64,000 bases of DNA from an uncultured Pseudomonadota bacterium (GCA_963843375.1 CAWJKT010000001.1:198445-262444), one strand, 5' to 3'; numbered from the stretch's first letter, positions 9,723 to 20,328 are shown. Numbers and translations are program-made. The notes: generated by a model not told the origin, from the letters alone.

Positions 9723-10714
9723 TGGTTGTTCCTTTCAGGCAATGGCTCGGTTGCCATTTCGGCCCCCGGCTGGTTTGAAAAATAAATGGCGAACAAAGCT
9801 TCTCCCACGGAATTCAACTTGGCCTCGAAGCTGTCGAGATACTCATGCAGCCCAAGGGCAACCATCCCGCCGATGTCGGCGTAATCCAATTCGGATCGCA
9901 AGCGCCCCAGTTGCTGTTCCGCCGGGTTGACGTAGGTTCCCGGAGACGACCCGGTGATGGAACGCATGGAGGCTTCGGCCTGGGTGATGCAAAAGCGAAC
10001 TGACCTGGGAAACTCCCGGTCCAGCAGAAGGAATTCGGCAACCCGAAGGGGATGGATATAGCTGTATTTTTTACGGAACATTTCGCTGGCGCTGGCGGAT
10101 TTCAGCAGGGCCGTCCAAAGGATGTCGTCGTAGGGTGTGCCCACATCCTCCACCTTGGGCAAGAGGATGAAATATTTCACGTCCAGAATGCGGGCGGTTT
10201 TGTCCGCCCTTTCGAAAAGCCGGCCCATGTTGAAAAAGTGCCAGGCTTCCCCGTGGGACATGGTGGCATCCGTGACCCCTGAAAAAAGATGGCTTAAGAT
10301 TTTCACGTTGCGGCAAAAGGTGTTCAAGGACTCAAGGCCCGAACCCGGATTGTGGACCGCGCCTTGCACCATCAGATAAAAGCTGTTCAACTGCTCCCAC
10401 ATTTCCGAGGAGATGATTTCCCGCATGGTTCGGGCGTTTTCCCGGGCTTTATGGATGCTGGAATATATCGAGTTGCGGTTGTCGGAGTCGAACACCAGGA
10501 ATTGAATGACGTTGTCCCGACTCGGCTCGCCGTAACGCAATTCAAAATCTTGGTAATCGCCGCTGGTTATAACGAGGGGTTGCCATTGTTGCTGGTCGTT
10601 CAAAGGAGTGTCCAATATGAGGTTCAAGTTGACCCCGATAAAACGGGCGACATTTTCCGCCCGTTCCACATAACGGCCTGTCCAGAAGAGTGAATCGGCA
10701 AGGCGACTTAGCAT
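9719..10714 (-). CDS. Alpha-E domain protein
   Basis: 331 aa beginning [25 protein letters not shown], the characteristic alpha-E N-terminus. It overlaps the downstream gene by 4 nt and the upstream gene by 7 nt. Confidence 0.8.
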   Translation of the reverse strand: MLSRLADSLFWTGRYVERAENVARFIGVNLNLILDTPLNDQQQWQPLVITSGDYQDFELRYGEPSRDNVIQFLVFDSDNRNSIYSSIHKARENARTMREIISSEMWEQLNSFYLMVQGAVHNPGSGLESLNTFCRNVKILSHLFSGVTDATMSHGEAWHFFNMGRLFERADKTARILDVKYFILLPKVEDVGTPYDDILWTALLKSASASEMFRKKYSYIHPLRVAEFLLLDREFPRSVRFCITQAEASMRSITGSSPGTYVNPAEQQLGRLRSELDYADIGGMVALGLHEYLDSFEAKLNSVGEALFAIYFSNQPGAEMATEPLPERNNQ

Positions 10715-12162
10715 GGGGCCCCTTCCGGTTTGGCATCCAGCACCCAGGTATCCTTACTGCCGCCACCCTGGGAAGAGTTGACCACCAGGGAGCCTTTTTT
10801 CAAAGCCACCCTGGTAAGCCCGCCCGGCAAGACATAAACACTGCGTCCATAAAGAACATAAGGCCGCAAATCCACATGACGTCCCTCAAAATGGTCGTCC
10901 ACAATGACGGGTACGCGGGAAAGGGCGAGGGTAGGCTGGGCGATGTAATCGCGGGGATGAGCCACGATGAGCTTCGCGAATTTTTCCTGTTCGGCCTTGG
11001 TGGAATGGGGCCCCACTAACATGCCGTAGCCCCCCGCCTGGTTGACGGCCTTGACCACCACTTTGTCGAGGTTCTCCAGGACATATTTGCGCTGGTCTTC
11101 TTCCCAACAAACATAGGTAGGGACGTTGGGAAGTATGGGGTCTTCCTGCAGGTAAAATTTGATCATGTTGGGCACATAAGCGTAGATGCCTTTGTCGTCG
11201 GCGATTCCCGTGCCGATGGCATTGGCCAGGGCCACCCGGCCCTTGCGATAGACTTCCATGATTCCGGGTATCCCCAAGGTGGAATCGGGCTTAAAGGCCA
11301 GTGGATCGATGAATTCGTCGTCCACGCGGCGGTAAATGACGTCCACGCGTTCATAACCCTTGGTCGTGCGAAGTTTCACATAACCGTCCGAGACGACCAG
11401 ATCCCGGCCTTCAACCAGTTGGGCTCCCATTTGCTGGGCCAGGAAAGCGTGCTCGAAATAGGCGGAGTTATAGGGACCGGGCGTCAGGACGACCACCCGG
11501 GGGGAAGCAAAATCGGTCGGCGCGGAATAACGCAAGGTATCCAGCAAACGCAGGGGGTAATCGTCCACGGGTTTAACCGACATGTCTTGAAAAGCCTGGG
11601 GCAAGGTTCGCTTGAGCACGTTGCGGTTTTCCAAAACATAGGATACCCCGGATGGACAGCGAAGGTTGTCTTCCAGCACGTAATAATGGCCGTCCTTGTC
11701 GCGAACAAGGTCGGTGCCCGTGATATGAATCCAAATTCTGCGCGGCGGGGTAAGTCCAACACATTGGCTTCGATAACCGAAGGAGGATAGAACGACCTCT
11801 TTGGGGATAACATTGTCCTTAAGGATCTGTTGGGAGTGGTAAATATCATCGATGAAAAGGTTGAGGGCTTGGATTCGCTGGATGAGGCCCTTCTCGATAA
11901 CCTGCCATTCCGGATTGGACACGATGCGGGGAATGATGTCAAAAGGGAAAATTTTTTCCGTACCGTCTTTGTTGCCGTATACCGTGAAGGTAATGCCCAT
12001 CTGGAGGAACTCGCTCTCGGCGGCTTTCTGCTGCCGGATCAAGTCGCTGTGGGACATGGCCTTGAGGCGCTGGATGAGGGGCGCCACCATGGAGCGGGGC
12101 TTGCCCGAATTCTCAAAAAGTTCGTCATAAAAAGAACCGGTATCGTAATTTTGGAAATCCAT
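10708..12162 (-). CDS. Circularly permuted type 2 ATP-grasp protein
   Basis: 484 aa. Size, position upstream of the alpha-E gene, and motifs ([41 protein letters not shown]) fit the circularly permuted ATP-grasp family. Confidence 0.85.
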   Translation of the reverse strand: MDFQNYDTGSFYDELFENSGKPRSMVAPLIQRLKAMSHSDLIRQQKAAESEFLQMGITFTVYGNKDGTEKIFPFDIIPRIVSNPEWQVIEKGLIQRIQALNLFIDDIYHSQQILKDNVIPKEVVLSSFGYRSQCVGLTPPRRIWIHITGTDLVRDKDGHYYVLEDNLRCPSGVSYVLENRNVLKRTLPQAFQDMSVKPVDDYPLRLLDTLRYSAPTDFASPRVVVLTPGPYNSAYFEHAFLAQQMGAQLVEGRDLVVSDGYVKLRTTKGYERVDVIYRRVDDEFIDPLAFKPDSTLGIPGIMEVYRKGRVALANAIGTGIADDKGIYAYVPNMIKFYLQEDPILPNVPTYVCWEEDQRKYVLENLDKVVVKAVNQAGGYGMLVGPHSTKAEQEKFAKLIVAHPRDYIAQPTLALSRVPVIVDDHFEGRHVDLRPYVLYGRSVYVLPGGLTRVALKKGSLVVNSSQGGGSKDTWVLDAKPEGAPC

Positions 12163-12368
12163 GGGATATCCTTTCTAGCACCTTTACTCCAAGATTAGGC
12201 AATTAAGGGGCCAAATAGGGCCTTGAAAAGAGGCTCAAAATCCTTGTTTTAAAAAGGGAAGGCGGACAATTTTGGACCCCCTGCACAAAATTGTTAATAG
12301 AACAAGACCGGTTGTTTTCAGCGGCTCGTCAGGTCATCGTTTAAGATAGGTGGTCAAAGGGGATAACG

Positions 12369-13743
12369 ATGAAGAAAATCGCGCTTCTTTTTCTCAATGG
12401 AATCTCACTGGGTTTAGGGATCGGTCTTTGCTTGGCGGGGCTGGTGGGAGTGGTCTACCGGGAAACGCAAAGTGGACCCCCTGGCCTCCATCCGGGTGCG
12501 GGGACGGCTTATTTTTGGGTGGTGGGCGGTTTGATGGGTTTTTTCGGGGGCTGGTGTTTTTTCCTTCAAATGATGTTGGGAAATCTTTTGGTGTCCCTTT
12601 TTGTGAAAGTCGCGGATCTCATTCCCTTGCCCGCCCAAGTCGTGGGGGCGGAATGGGCCAAGAAGATGGAAATTTTCTTTCGGGAAATCATCCAGCCCTT
12701 TCCCGGTTTTTTCCGGAAGTTTATCGAGTGGATATTCATCCTGCGTTTCGAGGATTATGGTCGAATTAATCGGGCTTTGGAAAAAGCGAAGAAAAAGGGC
12801 GGGACGCAAGCCGACGACCCCTCAATGGATGTTGATGGTGATTCTTCATTATCTCTTGGAGCCGCTTTGGCTCCTCTTTTACACGGTCTATGTTATCCTT
12901 TTGCTGATCAGCTGTGTTTTTTGGAGCTTTCCGTTTTTTCAAGTGAAAGGACGGGGCTTTTGGGCGACGCAAATTACGAAAAATGGAAATTGCTTCAGTC
13001 CCATTGGGATGATGACGAATATCTCAAGTCCCTTACGCCCCTGATGAAGCTTCGGTACAAGCGTCTGGATGAGAAGATCGAAGCTATTCTGGATCAAAAC
13101 TTCCATGAGACGGGAGCCATCAAAGAGCCGGCCGCTTCTGCTTGATATCGGCGCGGGGCGCGGCGAGTTCGCTTTGTTTTTGCAGGGACGAGGAAGGTCA
13201 AGGGTTTGGAACTACATAGGTTTCGAGCCTTCCGGTGAGCAATTAAAACAAAGGGACATTTCCGAGTTTGGCATGGGGTTCGTGCAAGGGATGGCCGAAG
13301 GTATCCCGGTCCAGGACATGACGGCCCACGGCATCGTGGTGAAGGAAGTCATTGATCATTGTTATGATCCGGCTGGAGTTTTTCGCGAAGCAAAACGGTT
13401 ATTGAAGCCCGGCGGGATACTTGTGGTGTCCGTCACGAATGACAAGTCCTATTTCAAGCTGTTTTTGCCTTTCGTCAACAAAGCTCGAAAGTCCAAACAA
13501 ACCGATCATCTTTTCTTTTTTGGCCCTGGTGATTTAAAAAAGCTCGCCGAGGAAGCCAAGTTTGACAGGGTTTCGGTTGAAACCTATAATTACTTGAAAT
13601 TACCGCGAGTCTTTGAACAAGTCCTAAGTTTCTTGGGTCCGTCCATCAATCGTTCGATTCTCAATGTAACGGATGCGATTGGCAAAGTCCTCCTGCCCGG
13701 CTTAGGCGGGGGGATCATCCTCAAGGCCACAAAGAAGATTTAA
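12369..13743 (+). pseudogene. Membrane-anchored protein joined to a class I SAM-dependent methyltransferase domain (frameshifted; track fragments 12369..13145 and 13069..13743)
   Basis: The N-terminus has two or more TM helices (LFLNGISLGLGIGLCLAGLVGVV; YFWVVGGLMGFFGGWCFFLQMMLG). The methyltransferase motif I LLLDIGAGRGEF lies in the +1 frame, and the two frames join near 13120-13130 (…LDQNFHETGAIKEP / RPLLLDIGAG). Whether one protein or two were intended cannot be settled from the sequence. Confidence 0.5.
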
Positions 13744-13801
13744 GTTCGGATTATTTAATGCGATTTAAAAAAAGATTAAATCCTGAAACAAAGGGGACGC
13801 C

Positions 13802-13966
13802 GTGATTTCACAAGATTTGTTGAATATTTTGATCTGTCCCGCCTGCGGGTCGGCTGTGCGCGAGAAGGATAATGCCATCGAATGTACCGCCTGTAAGAAA
13901 CGTTACCCTGTGGAAAATGGTATACCCGTGATGCTCGTTGAACGTGCGGAAAAGCCCAAAAAGTAA
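13802..13966 (+). CDS. Trm112/YcaR-like small zinc-ribbon protein (UPF0434 family)
   Basis: A 54-aa ORF (GTG start) missing from the ORF track because of its size: VISQDLLNILICPACGSAVREKDNAIECTACKKRYPVENGIPVMLVERAEKPKK. It has the CPxC...CxxC zinc ribbon and the GIPVML motif. Confidence 0.7.
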   Translation: MISQDLLNILICPACGSAVREKDNAIECTACKKRYPVENGIPVMLVERAEKPKK

Positions 13967-15071
13967 ACCTCTTCGTATCGGTATCGACGCCCGCTTGGCT
14001 TACCGGCGCGGTGTCGGCACCTATGCCGCAAACCTGATTTTAGCCCTTTCGAAGATCGACCGGAAAAACCGTTATTTCATTTTCAACGCTCCCCACGCCT
14101 TAAGAAGCCAAATTTCCTCGACCAGGTTTCAGTGGGTTATCGTCCCCTTTTCTAACGCAGCTTATTATGAACAGGTGCTTCTCCCCCGTGTGGCCCGGGA
14201 ACAAGGGGTGGACCTTCTTCACTTTACGGATAATTCCGCCACCTCCATCGACCCCATCCCATTCGTGGTGACGCTTCACGATACGATGCATACCCGGCCA
14301 TTGGCCCAAGTAAGGCCCAAGGCCACATTCCGGCATAGGTTGTTGGATGGCTATAAAAAGTGGGCGATTAGCCGTTCGGTGTTTAGGGCAAAGGCCATTC
14401 TTACCGTTTCTGAATTTTCCAAGAGACAGATTCTGGATCAAATGGGTATCGATGGCGCCAAGATTTTCGTGACGCCGGAGGGAGTGGACAGGAGGCTGTT
14501 TAAAAAGGTTTCCCGTAAACCTTCTAAAATTTTTAAGATTTTGGTCCATGGGGCGGCCGATGAGCGAAAAAACATGGCCAATATTCTAAAGGCGGTAAAA
14601 ATTCTCGCGGACCTGGGTAAGAAGTTTCAGGTGATCGTTGTAGGCATGGATGCGGCGGAGTTGAAATTTACCAACTATATCGACCAGGTTCTTTCTTTGG
14701 GGATTGGAAATCTATTGGAATGGGCTGGAAACGTGCCCTTTGAAATGTTAAGCCTTGTTTACGCGGAAGCGGATTTGTTTCTTTATCCCTCGCGATTGGA
14801 AGGTTTCGGGCTTCCGGTGTTGGAAGCATTCGCTTGCGGGGTTCCAGTGATTGCCTCCAATACCACCTCCTTGCCCGAGGTGGCGGGCGACGCGGCTTGG
14901 CTGGTTGACCCAGAGAACCCATAAGCCATCGCCAAAGGGGTGAAGCAAATGATGGAAAAGCCTTCCTTGCGCAAACGCCATATCCTGCGGGGACTGAAGC
15001 GGGCCAAACTGTTCACCTGGGAAAGAACGGCAAAGTTGACTTTGAAAGTTTATGAAAGAATGCCTCTATGA
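13938..15071 (+). pseudogene. Glycosyltransferase family 4 with an in-frame TAA at 14922-14924
   Basis: Track ORF 13938..14924 (…PSRLEGFGLPVLEAFACGVPVIASNTTSLPEVAGDAAWLVDPENP*) continues in the same frame as AIAKGVKQMMEKPSLRKRHILRGLKRAKLFTWERTAKLTLKVYERMPL*. That is the normal GT4 C-terminus. The final stop overlaps the next ATG (ATGA at 15068-15071). The exact start codon is uncertain because the 5' end overlaps the Trm112-like ORF. Confidence 0.7.
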
Positions 15072-16794
15072 CCGCTTTTTTGAACGGCGGTCTTTTCTTG
15101 CTGGAGGCGATTTCGCTATTAAACTTTTTTTTTGGATTGCCCAATGTCTGGCCCGGGGATCAGATGCCTTTGATCTTCCTGTTTTTGTTCTTGTTTGCCA
15201 TCGTGATAGCGCTGGAGACGGTAATTTTTCGTCTCATGTCGACTCAAGAAAACTGGGAATTGATGTTTCGCCAGGTTCTCCTCACCCATTTCCCTGGTTG
15301 TTGGGATACTCTGGCCCCTGGCTTAGGCTTGAACCTTCCGGACCCCATAATTTCAGACTGAGAAAAATACAGATCCTTCTGGGACATCATTTGATTTCCC
15401 ATTTTTTCGTTTTTTTATCCCGCACTGTTAAAAAAATCCAGGAGAAGGATGGAGGATTTTCCAAAATATTGGTGTGATGGGGCTATTTCTGTTTGTGGGA
15501 CCACTCTTTGGACGGCGACGGTTTGCGATTTGAGCGGGGATGAGCCCCATTATCTGTTGATGGCCTATAGCCTTATCCATGATGGGGATTTGGACCTCGA
15601 CGAACAATTATGCCAACAGGGATTATGAACAGTTTTACCATCGGGGGGTTTTGGAGCCCCAAGGATTGGAACATGTGGAGGATGGTAAAAGATATAGCCA
15701 CCATCCTTTGGGGCCGGTATTATTAATTTTGCCGGGTTTCCTTAATCGCAGGACGCCTCGGGGCGGCATTGACCATGGCTCTTGTTGGCGGCTTTGGCCC
15801 TTTATCCTGACAATGCGGGTGTTGGAAGAAACGGGAGCCAAAGGCTGGGCGCTTCACGCGACCGGAATGGTCGGTCTTTTCTCCAGCCCCTTGCTGCTTT
15901 TCTGCGGTCTCATCTTCCCGGAAATTCCTACCGCCTGCCTGGTGGCCTTAAGCCTTCTTCTTTTTTTGAAAAAGCGATGGCAGTGGCTGGGATTGTGTTT
16001 GGGGCTAATGCTTTGGATGCACAACCGCAATGTTTTAATAATTTTCCCGTTTCTTTCATTTACGTTATTTGAAATCTGGAAAGACCGGAAATATCGAAAG
16101 GCGCAATTAGTTAAGTTTGGGGCTGGCTTTGGAGCGCCGGTCCTATTCTTAATCATCTATTTTTACAGCCTCTATGGTGTTCTAACGCCCCTTGGAGCCC
16201 ACAATGAACCTTTCACTTCTTTATTCCGTTTGGGGCATTTTTGGGATGGATTCTTCGGGCTTCTCCTGGATCAGGAATGTGGCCTTTGGTTCTATTTCCC
16301 CATTTTCGGGCTGGTCGTGACAGGCGGGGTTGTATTGTGGCGATCCAGGAATCCATTGGGCTCTATTGGTGGTTGGGATACTCCTGTTTTATTACCTCTT
16401 TATGTCCTTCTATGAAAACCTCGGGCTGACGCCAGCTACCCGCTATTGGGTGGGCGTGACACCTCTTTTGTTGCTGGCGGTTTATTCTTCTATGGAAAAG
16501 ATGAAGAAAGAGGATATTTGGACCAAGTTTGCGGCTTTGTCCCTGGTCGTGGGTATTTTTGTGAATTGGCTTTTGGCGGCGATCCCTTGGATGCGGTATA
16601 ACAAACTCAATGGGGAGAACTTGATTTTAAAGATGGTCGGTTCTTTTTTACATCTGCCATTGACAGCGATGAATCCGGCTTTCCAGGCGCCCGTGGTCGA
16701 AATGAAAAGTTATCTCATGAGTGCTTTGACGATGGGGTTGACCCTCGCCTTTAGCTTTTGGTTTTTAAAAGAGAAAAAAGTTGTAAGTCAATAA
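15068..16794 (+). pseudogene. Polytopic GT-C-like membrane protein (PMT_2/ArnT-like), broken by at least four frameshifts
   Basis: The fragments are 15068..15361, hand-translated pieces at about 15480-15600, 15579..16415 and 16330..16794. The reconstructed motif GDEPHYLLMAYSLIHDGDLDLD-NNYANRDYEQFYHRG…HHPLGPVLLILPGF is typical of GT-C family N-terminal loops. The rest is a series of TM helices. Confidence 0.55.
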
Positions 16795-16807
16795 AGGACA
16801 GCAACGC

Positions 16808-18034
16808 TTGAATATCCTCATTCTCACGCCCCTTGTTCCTTATCCTCCGCACGATGGGGACAAACTCCGTCTTTATCATTTTCTCAAACACCTCAGAAGC
16901 CGGGGCCACAAAATCGACCTCTTTTGCTTGACCCGGGTAAAGTCCGATTTTTCCGATGCCGACAGCCTTCGTGTTTTCTGCCGCCATTTTTACCAGGAGC
17001 ATTTAAACCATTGGGACTTGTTCTTTAACCTGGTAGGCGGTGTTTTGATCGGCCAATCGCTGAACGTTTCCAGTTATTTTTCCCCGAAACTCCGGGATCA
17101 TCTGAGGAATTATTGGAAAACCTCGGACGGTCAAGCCGTCGATGTCGTGTTGGCCCATCGGCTTCGGATGGCTCCCGCGGCTTTCGAAGGCAACCCCGGA
17201 AAGCCGGTGGTTTTGGAACTAACCGACTGTCTGACGGCTTACGCCCAGCAACTGAAGCAAAAGAACGTGGCGCGTTTCTCCCGGCGATTGGCGGCCTGGT
17301 GGGATTATTGGTTTCTGCGGCGGGAAGAAGTGGAATGGACCGAAAGGGCCTTCCGATCCATAATCATTTCCGAAACGGACGCCCAGGTTTTAAGGGAACA
17401 GGGAGCCCCGGTGGATAAAGTGATCGTGATCCCCAACGGGGTGGAATTTAAGCGGGTTTCAAAAGCCAAAAAGCTGGAAGTTTATCCAAAGAACAAGATG
17501 GTGATTTGTTTTGTGGGCAATATGGGTTATGCCGCGAATGAGGACGGTGCGCTATGGTTCCTAAAAAAAATATGGCCCAAGTTGAAACAACAGGTTCCTT
17601 CGGTAGTTTTTGCGGCGGTGGGAGGTCATCCCCGCAAAGCCCTCTTGCGGTATCACGACGGCCAGAATGTGTTCGTAACCGGTTGGGTGCCTGAGATTGA
17701 ACCCTATTTGGTCCAAGCGAATGTTTCTATCGCTCCCTTGCGGGTGACGGCGGGAATGCAAAACAAGGTGGCCTTGTCTTTGGCTTTAGGTGTTCCGGTG
17801 GTCGCCACTCCCCAGGCGGTTTCCTGGATGCCGTTGAAAGGGCGGGATGGCGTTATAGTGGTTGGAAACGAAGATCAATTCGCCCAGGAGTTGATTGAGG
17901 TGCTTTTGAAGCCCAAAGCGGGGAAGGCTTGGGCGAAAAAGGGCCAGCGGTTTATCCTGAAGAACTATCGCTGGAATGATTCGGGCCGAAAGTTGGAACA
18001 AGTATTAAAACAAGCGGCGAAAAGTAATTCTTAA
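16808..18034 (+). CDS. Glycosyltransferase family 4 (resembles exopolysaccharide/PEP-CTERM-system-associated sugar transferases)
   Basis: 408 aa. The N-terminal MNILILTPLVPYPPHDGDKLRLYHFLKHL pattern resembles, from memory, EPS-locus GT4 enzymes. The C-terminal half is GT-B-like (GMQNKVALSLALGVPVVAT). Confidence 0.8.
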   Translation: MNILILTPLVPYPPHDGDKLRLYHFLKHLRSRGHKIDLFCLTRVKSDFSDADSLRVFCRHFYQEHLNHWDLFFNLVGGVLIGQSLNVSSYFSPKLRDHLRNYWKTSDGQAVDVVLAHRLRMAPAAFEGNPGKPVVLELTDCLTAYAQQLKQKNVARFSRRLAAWWDYWFLRREEVEWTERAFRSIIISETDAQVLREQGAPVDKVIVIPNGVEFKRVSKAKKLEVYPKNKMVICFVGNMGYAANEDGALWFLKKIWPKLKQQVPSVVFAAVGGHPRKALLRYHDGQNVFVTGWVPEIEPYLVQANVSIAPLRVTAGMQNKVALSLALGVPVVATPQAVSWMPLKGRDGVIVVGNEDQFAQELIEVLLKPKAGKAWAKKGQRFILKNYRWNDSGRKLEQVLKQAAKSNS

Positions 18035-18046
18035 TGAGGTGTTCAT

Positions 18047-19936
18047 TTGTGCGGTATAGCGGGTTTCTGCCAATTTAAGCCGGGCATGCCCTTGAAGTTG
18101 AAACATCTTGAGGACATGACCGAAACAATCAAGCACCGGGGCCCGGATGACAAGGGGATGTACCAAAAGGGGTCCGTTGGCCTGGGCATGACCCGCCTTG
18201 CCATCGTCGATGTTGCGGGCGGCGCCCAGCCCATCTCCAACGAACGGGGCAATATCTGGGTTGTGTTTAATGGCGAGATTTACAACTATTTGGAATTGCG
18301 AGAACCCTTAATCGAGGCCGGCCACCATTTTTCCACTAACTCGGATACCGAAGTCATTGTCCATGCTTATGAAGAATATGGCGATAAATTCATTTCCAAA
18401 CTTCGAGGTATGTTCGCTTTCGCCCTTTGGGATGAGACTTTCCAAAAACTCATTCTTGCCCGGGATCATATAGGAGTAAAGCCGCTTTACTACACCACCG
18501 CTGACGGGTCTCTGGTATTCGGCTCGGAAATCAAGGCATTGCTTGCCTTGGATACCGTGCCCCGCCAGGTGGATTCCAAACAAATTCTCACTCTTATGAC
18601 CCTCCAGTACGTTCCAACGCCCGACACCCTCTTCAAGGGCATCCGAAAACTTCCCGCCGGCCATTACCTGATCTGCCAAAGCGGCAAGATAATGGTGCGC
18701 CCCTATTGGGAACTGCCCAAGATCACCACAACCTTGGGGGAAGATATTGATACGGTCCAGGAGAAAAACCTTGTGGAGGAATTGCGCTCCAAGTTTTTCG
18801 CCAGCGTGAAGGAACAACTGATGTCGGATGTGCCTGTTGGGGCTTTTCTTTCGGGCGGACTGGATTCCTCCTTTGTCGTAGCCGCCATGACCCAACAGAC
18901 CCGGCAGTCGGTCAAGACTTACTCCGTGGGTTTCGAGAACCAGCACGATTTTAACGAACTCAAATTCGCCCAAAAGGTCTCCAAAACCCTCAAAAGCCAG
19001 CACCGGGAAATCATGGTCAATGCCCAGATGCTCAACGACCTCATTCCGAAACTAGTGAAGTACCAGGACGATCCGGTCATCGATCCGGCGATATTGCCAA
19101 CTTTCGTGGTTTCCCTTTTCGCGCGGCAGGAAGTGAAGGTTGTCCTTACCGGGGAGGGAGCGGATGAGCTCTTTGGAGGCTATCGACGTTATTCCTACGA
19201 CCAGCTTTCAGGCGGGGTGAGGTTGATACCCGGGTGGTTGAAGGCTCTCGTTCCTTTCGTGACGGGCGGTATGAAGGACCCTTATAAACAAGCCTGGCAT
19301 GCCTTGAATAAAGAGGACTTGGTGAAACGGCACATGGCTTGGTCCCGGCTTTGCCTGGAGGAAACCCTGCAAGGGTTGGCAGGGGAGAAGCTGTTGTATG
19401 AAATGGAACATTCCAAAGTTGAGGAGTCCATGGAACGGATTTTCGAGGGAGCCGAGCCTTATGGTTTCGACAACCTGAACCTGATGCTTTACATGGATTT
19501 GAAGACATGGCTCCCCGACGACCTTTTGAACAAGGTGGACCGCATGAGTATGGCGGCTTCGCTGGAAGCGCGGGTGCCTTACCTGGACCACCGGTTGGTA
19601 GAATTCGCTTTTTCCCTTCCCTCAACTATGAAGCTTAAAGGGAGCACGGGAAAATATATTTTAAAAAAGGCCGCCCAAAAATATGTCCCAAGTGAAATCA
19701 TCAACCGCCAAAAGAGGGGGTTTGCCGTTCCTTTGGGACCTTGGTTTCGAAAAGAATTAAAATCCCTCCTAGTGGATATCCTTCATTCTGAAAAATTCCA
19801 GAAGCGAGGTTATTTCAATATCCCCAAAACCGAGCAGATTTTAGAAGAACATCTTTCGGGCAGGAAAGATCACCATCTTCTTTTGTACGGCCTGTTATTA
19901 GTGGAAATGTGGCATAGAAGGTTTATTGATGAGTGA
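18047..19936 (+). CDS. asnB: Asparagine synthase (glutamine-hydrolysing) family amidotransferase
   Basis: 629 aa. It has the Ntn-Cys start MCGIAGF (TTG initiation codon), the GATase motif HRGPDD and the PP-loop SGGLDSS. Confidence 0.85.
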   Translation: MCGIAGFCQFKPGMPLKLKHLEDMTETIKHRGPDDKGMYQKGSVGLGMTRLAIVDVAGGAQPISNERGNIWVVFNGEIYNYLELREPLIEAGHHFSTNSDTEVIVHAYEEYGDKFISKLRGMFAFALWDETFQKLILARDHIGVKPLYYTTADGSLVFGSEIKALLALDTVPRQVDSKQILTLMTLQYVPTPDTLFKGIRKLPAGHYLICQSGKIMVRPYWELPKITTTLGEDIDTVQEKNLVEELRSKFFASVKEQLMSDVPVGAFLSGGLDSSFVVAAMTQQTRQSVKTYSVGFENQHDFNELKFAQKVSKTLKSQHREIMVNAQMLNDLIPKLVKYQDDPVIDPAILPTFVVSLFARQEVKVVLTGEGADELFGGYRRYSYDQLSGGVRLIPGWLKALVPFVTGGMKDPYKQAWHALNKEDLVKRHMAWSRLCLEETLQGLAGEKLLYEMEHSKVEESMERIFEGAEPYGFDNLNLMLYMDLKTWLPDDLLNKVDRMSMAASLEARVPYLDHRLVEFAFSLPSTMKLKGSTGKYILKKAAQKYVPSEIINRQKRGFAVPLGPWFRKELKSLLVDILHSEKFQKRGYFNIPKTEQILEEHLSGRKDHHLLLYGLLLVEMWHRRFIDE

Positions 19937-19947
19937 GGAGCACCAAC

Positions 19948-20328
19948 ATGAAAGATGAACGTTACGAAAAAGGTTGGAAAAAATTTCAAGAAATCCATGG
20001 GCCCGTGGCAAAGGCCACGATCAACAGCCTGAAGGATATCAGTCCCGAACTGGGAAAATTTGTGACCGAGTTCGCCTTTGCGGACATCTATTCCCGTCCG
20101 GGGTTGGATTTGAAAACCCGACAGCTTTTGACGATTGCTTCCCTCGTCACTCTTGGAACCGCTCCCCTTCAGCTAAAGTCCCATATAAAAGGCGCCCTCA
20201 ACGTGGGGTGTTCCAAACGGGAGATCATTGAAGCCATTCTCCAAATGGCTGTTTACGCGGGGTTCCCGGCGGCCATGAATGCCATGTATGCCGCCAAAGA
20301 GGTTTTCAAGGATAAGAAATTCCGTTAA
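19948..20328 (+). CDS. Carboxymuconolactone decarboxylase (CMD/AhpD-like) family protein
   Basis: The track ORF starts at 19933 and the first ATG is at 19948 (MKDERYEKGW). FAFADIYSRPGLDLKTRQLLTIASLVTLG is the CMD-family core. Confidence 0.75.
   Translation: MKDERYEKGWKKFQEIHGPVAKATINSLKDISPELGKFVTEFAFADIYSRPGLDLKTRQLLTIASLVTLGTAPLQLKSHIKGALNVGCSKREIIEAILQMAVYAGFPAAMNAMYAAKEVFKDKKFR

Noticed and set aside
12350-12769. 139-aa ORF overlapping the start of the membrane/MTase gene in another frame
   Set aside because: Its translation is Gly/Arg/Ser-rich and motif-free. The overlapping frame 12369.. encodes clean TM helices and begins with an ATG preceded by AAAGGGGA.
12757-13044. Alternative-frame ORF with a convincing TM-like stretch (MLMVILHYLLEPLWLLFYTVYVILLLISCVFWSFPFF) inside the 12369..13145 ORF, suggesting two more frameshifts
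   Set aside because: Accepting it would require a +1 shift followed by a -1 shift within about 150 nt. Hydrophobic translations also arise readily from T-rich alternative frames. It cannot be decided without homologues, so I did not call it as a feature, though it is worth checking after polishing.
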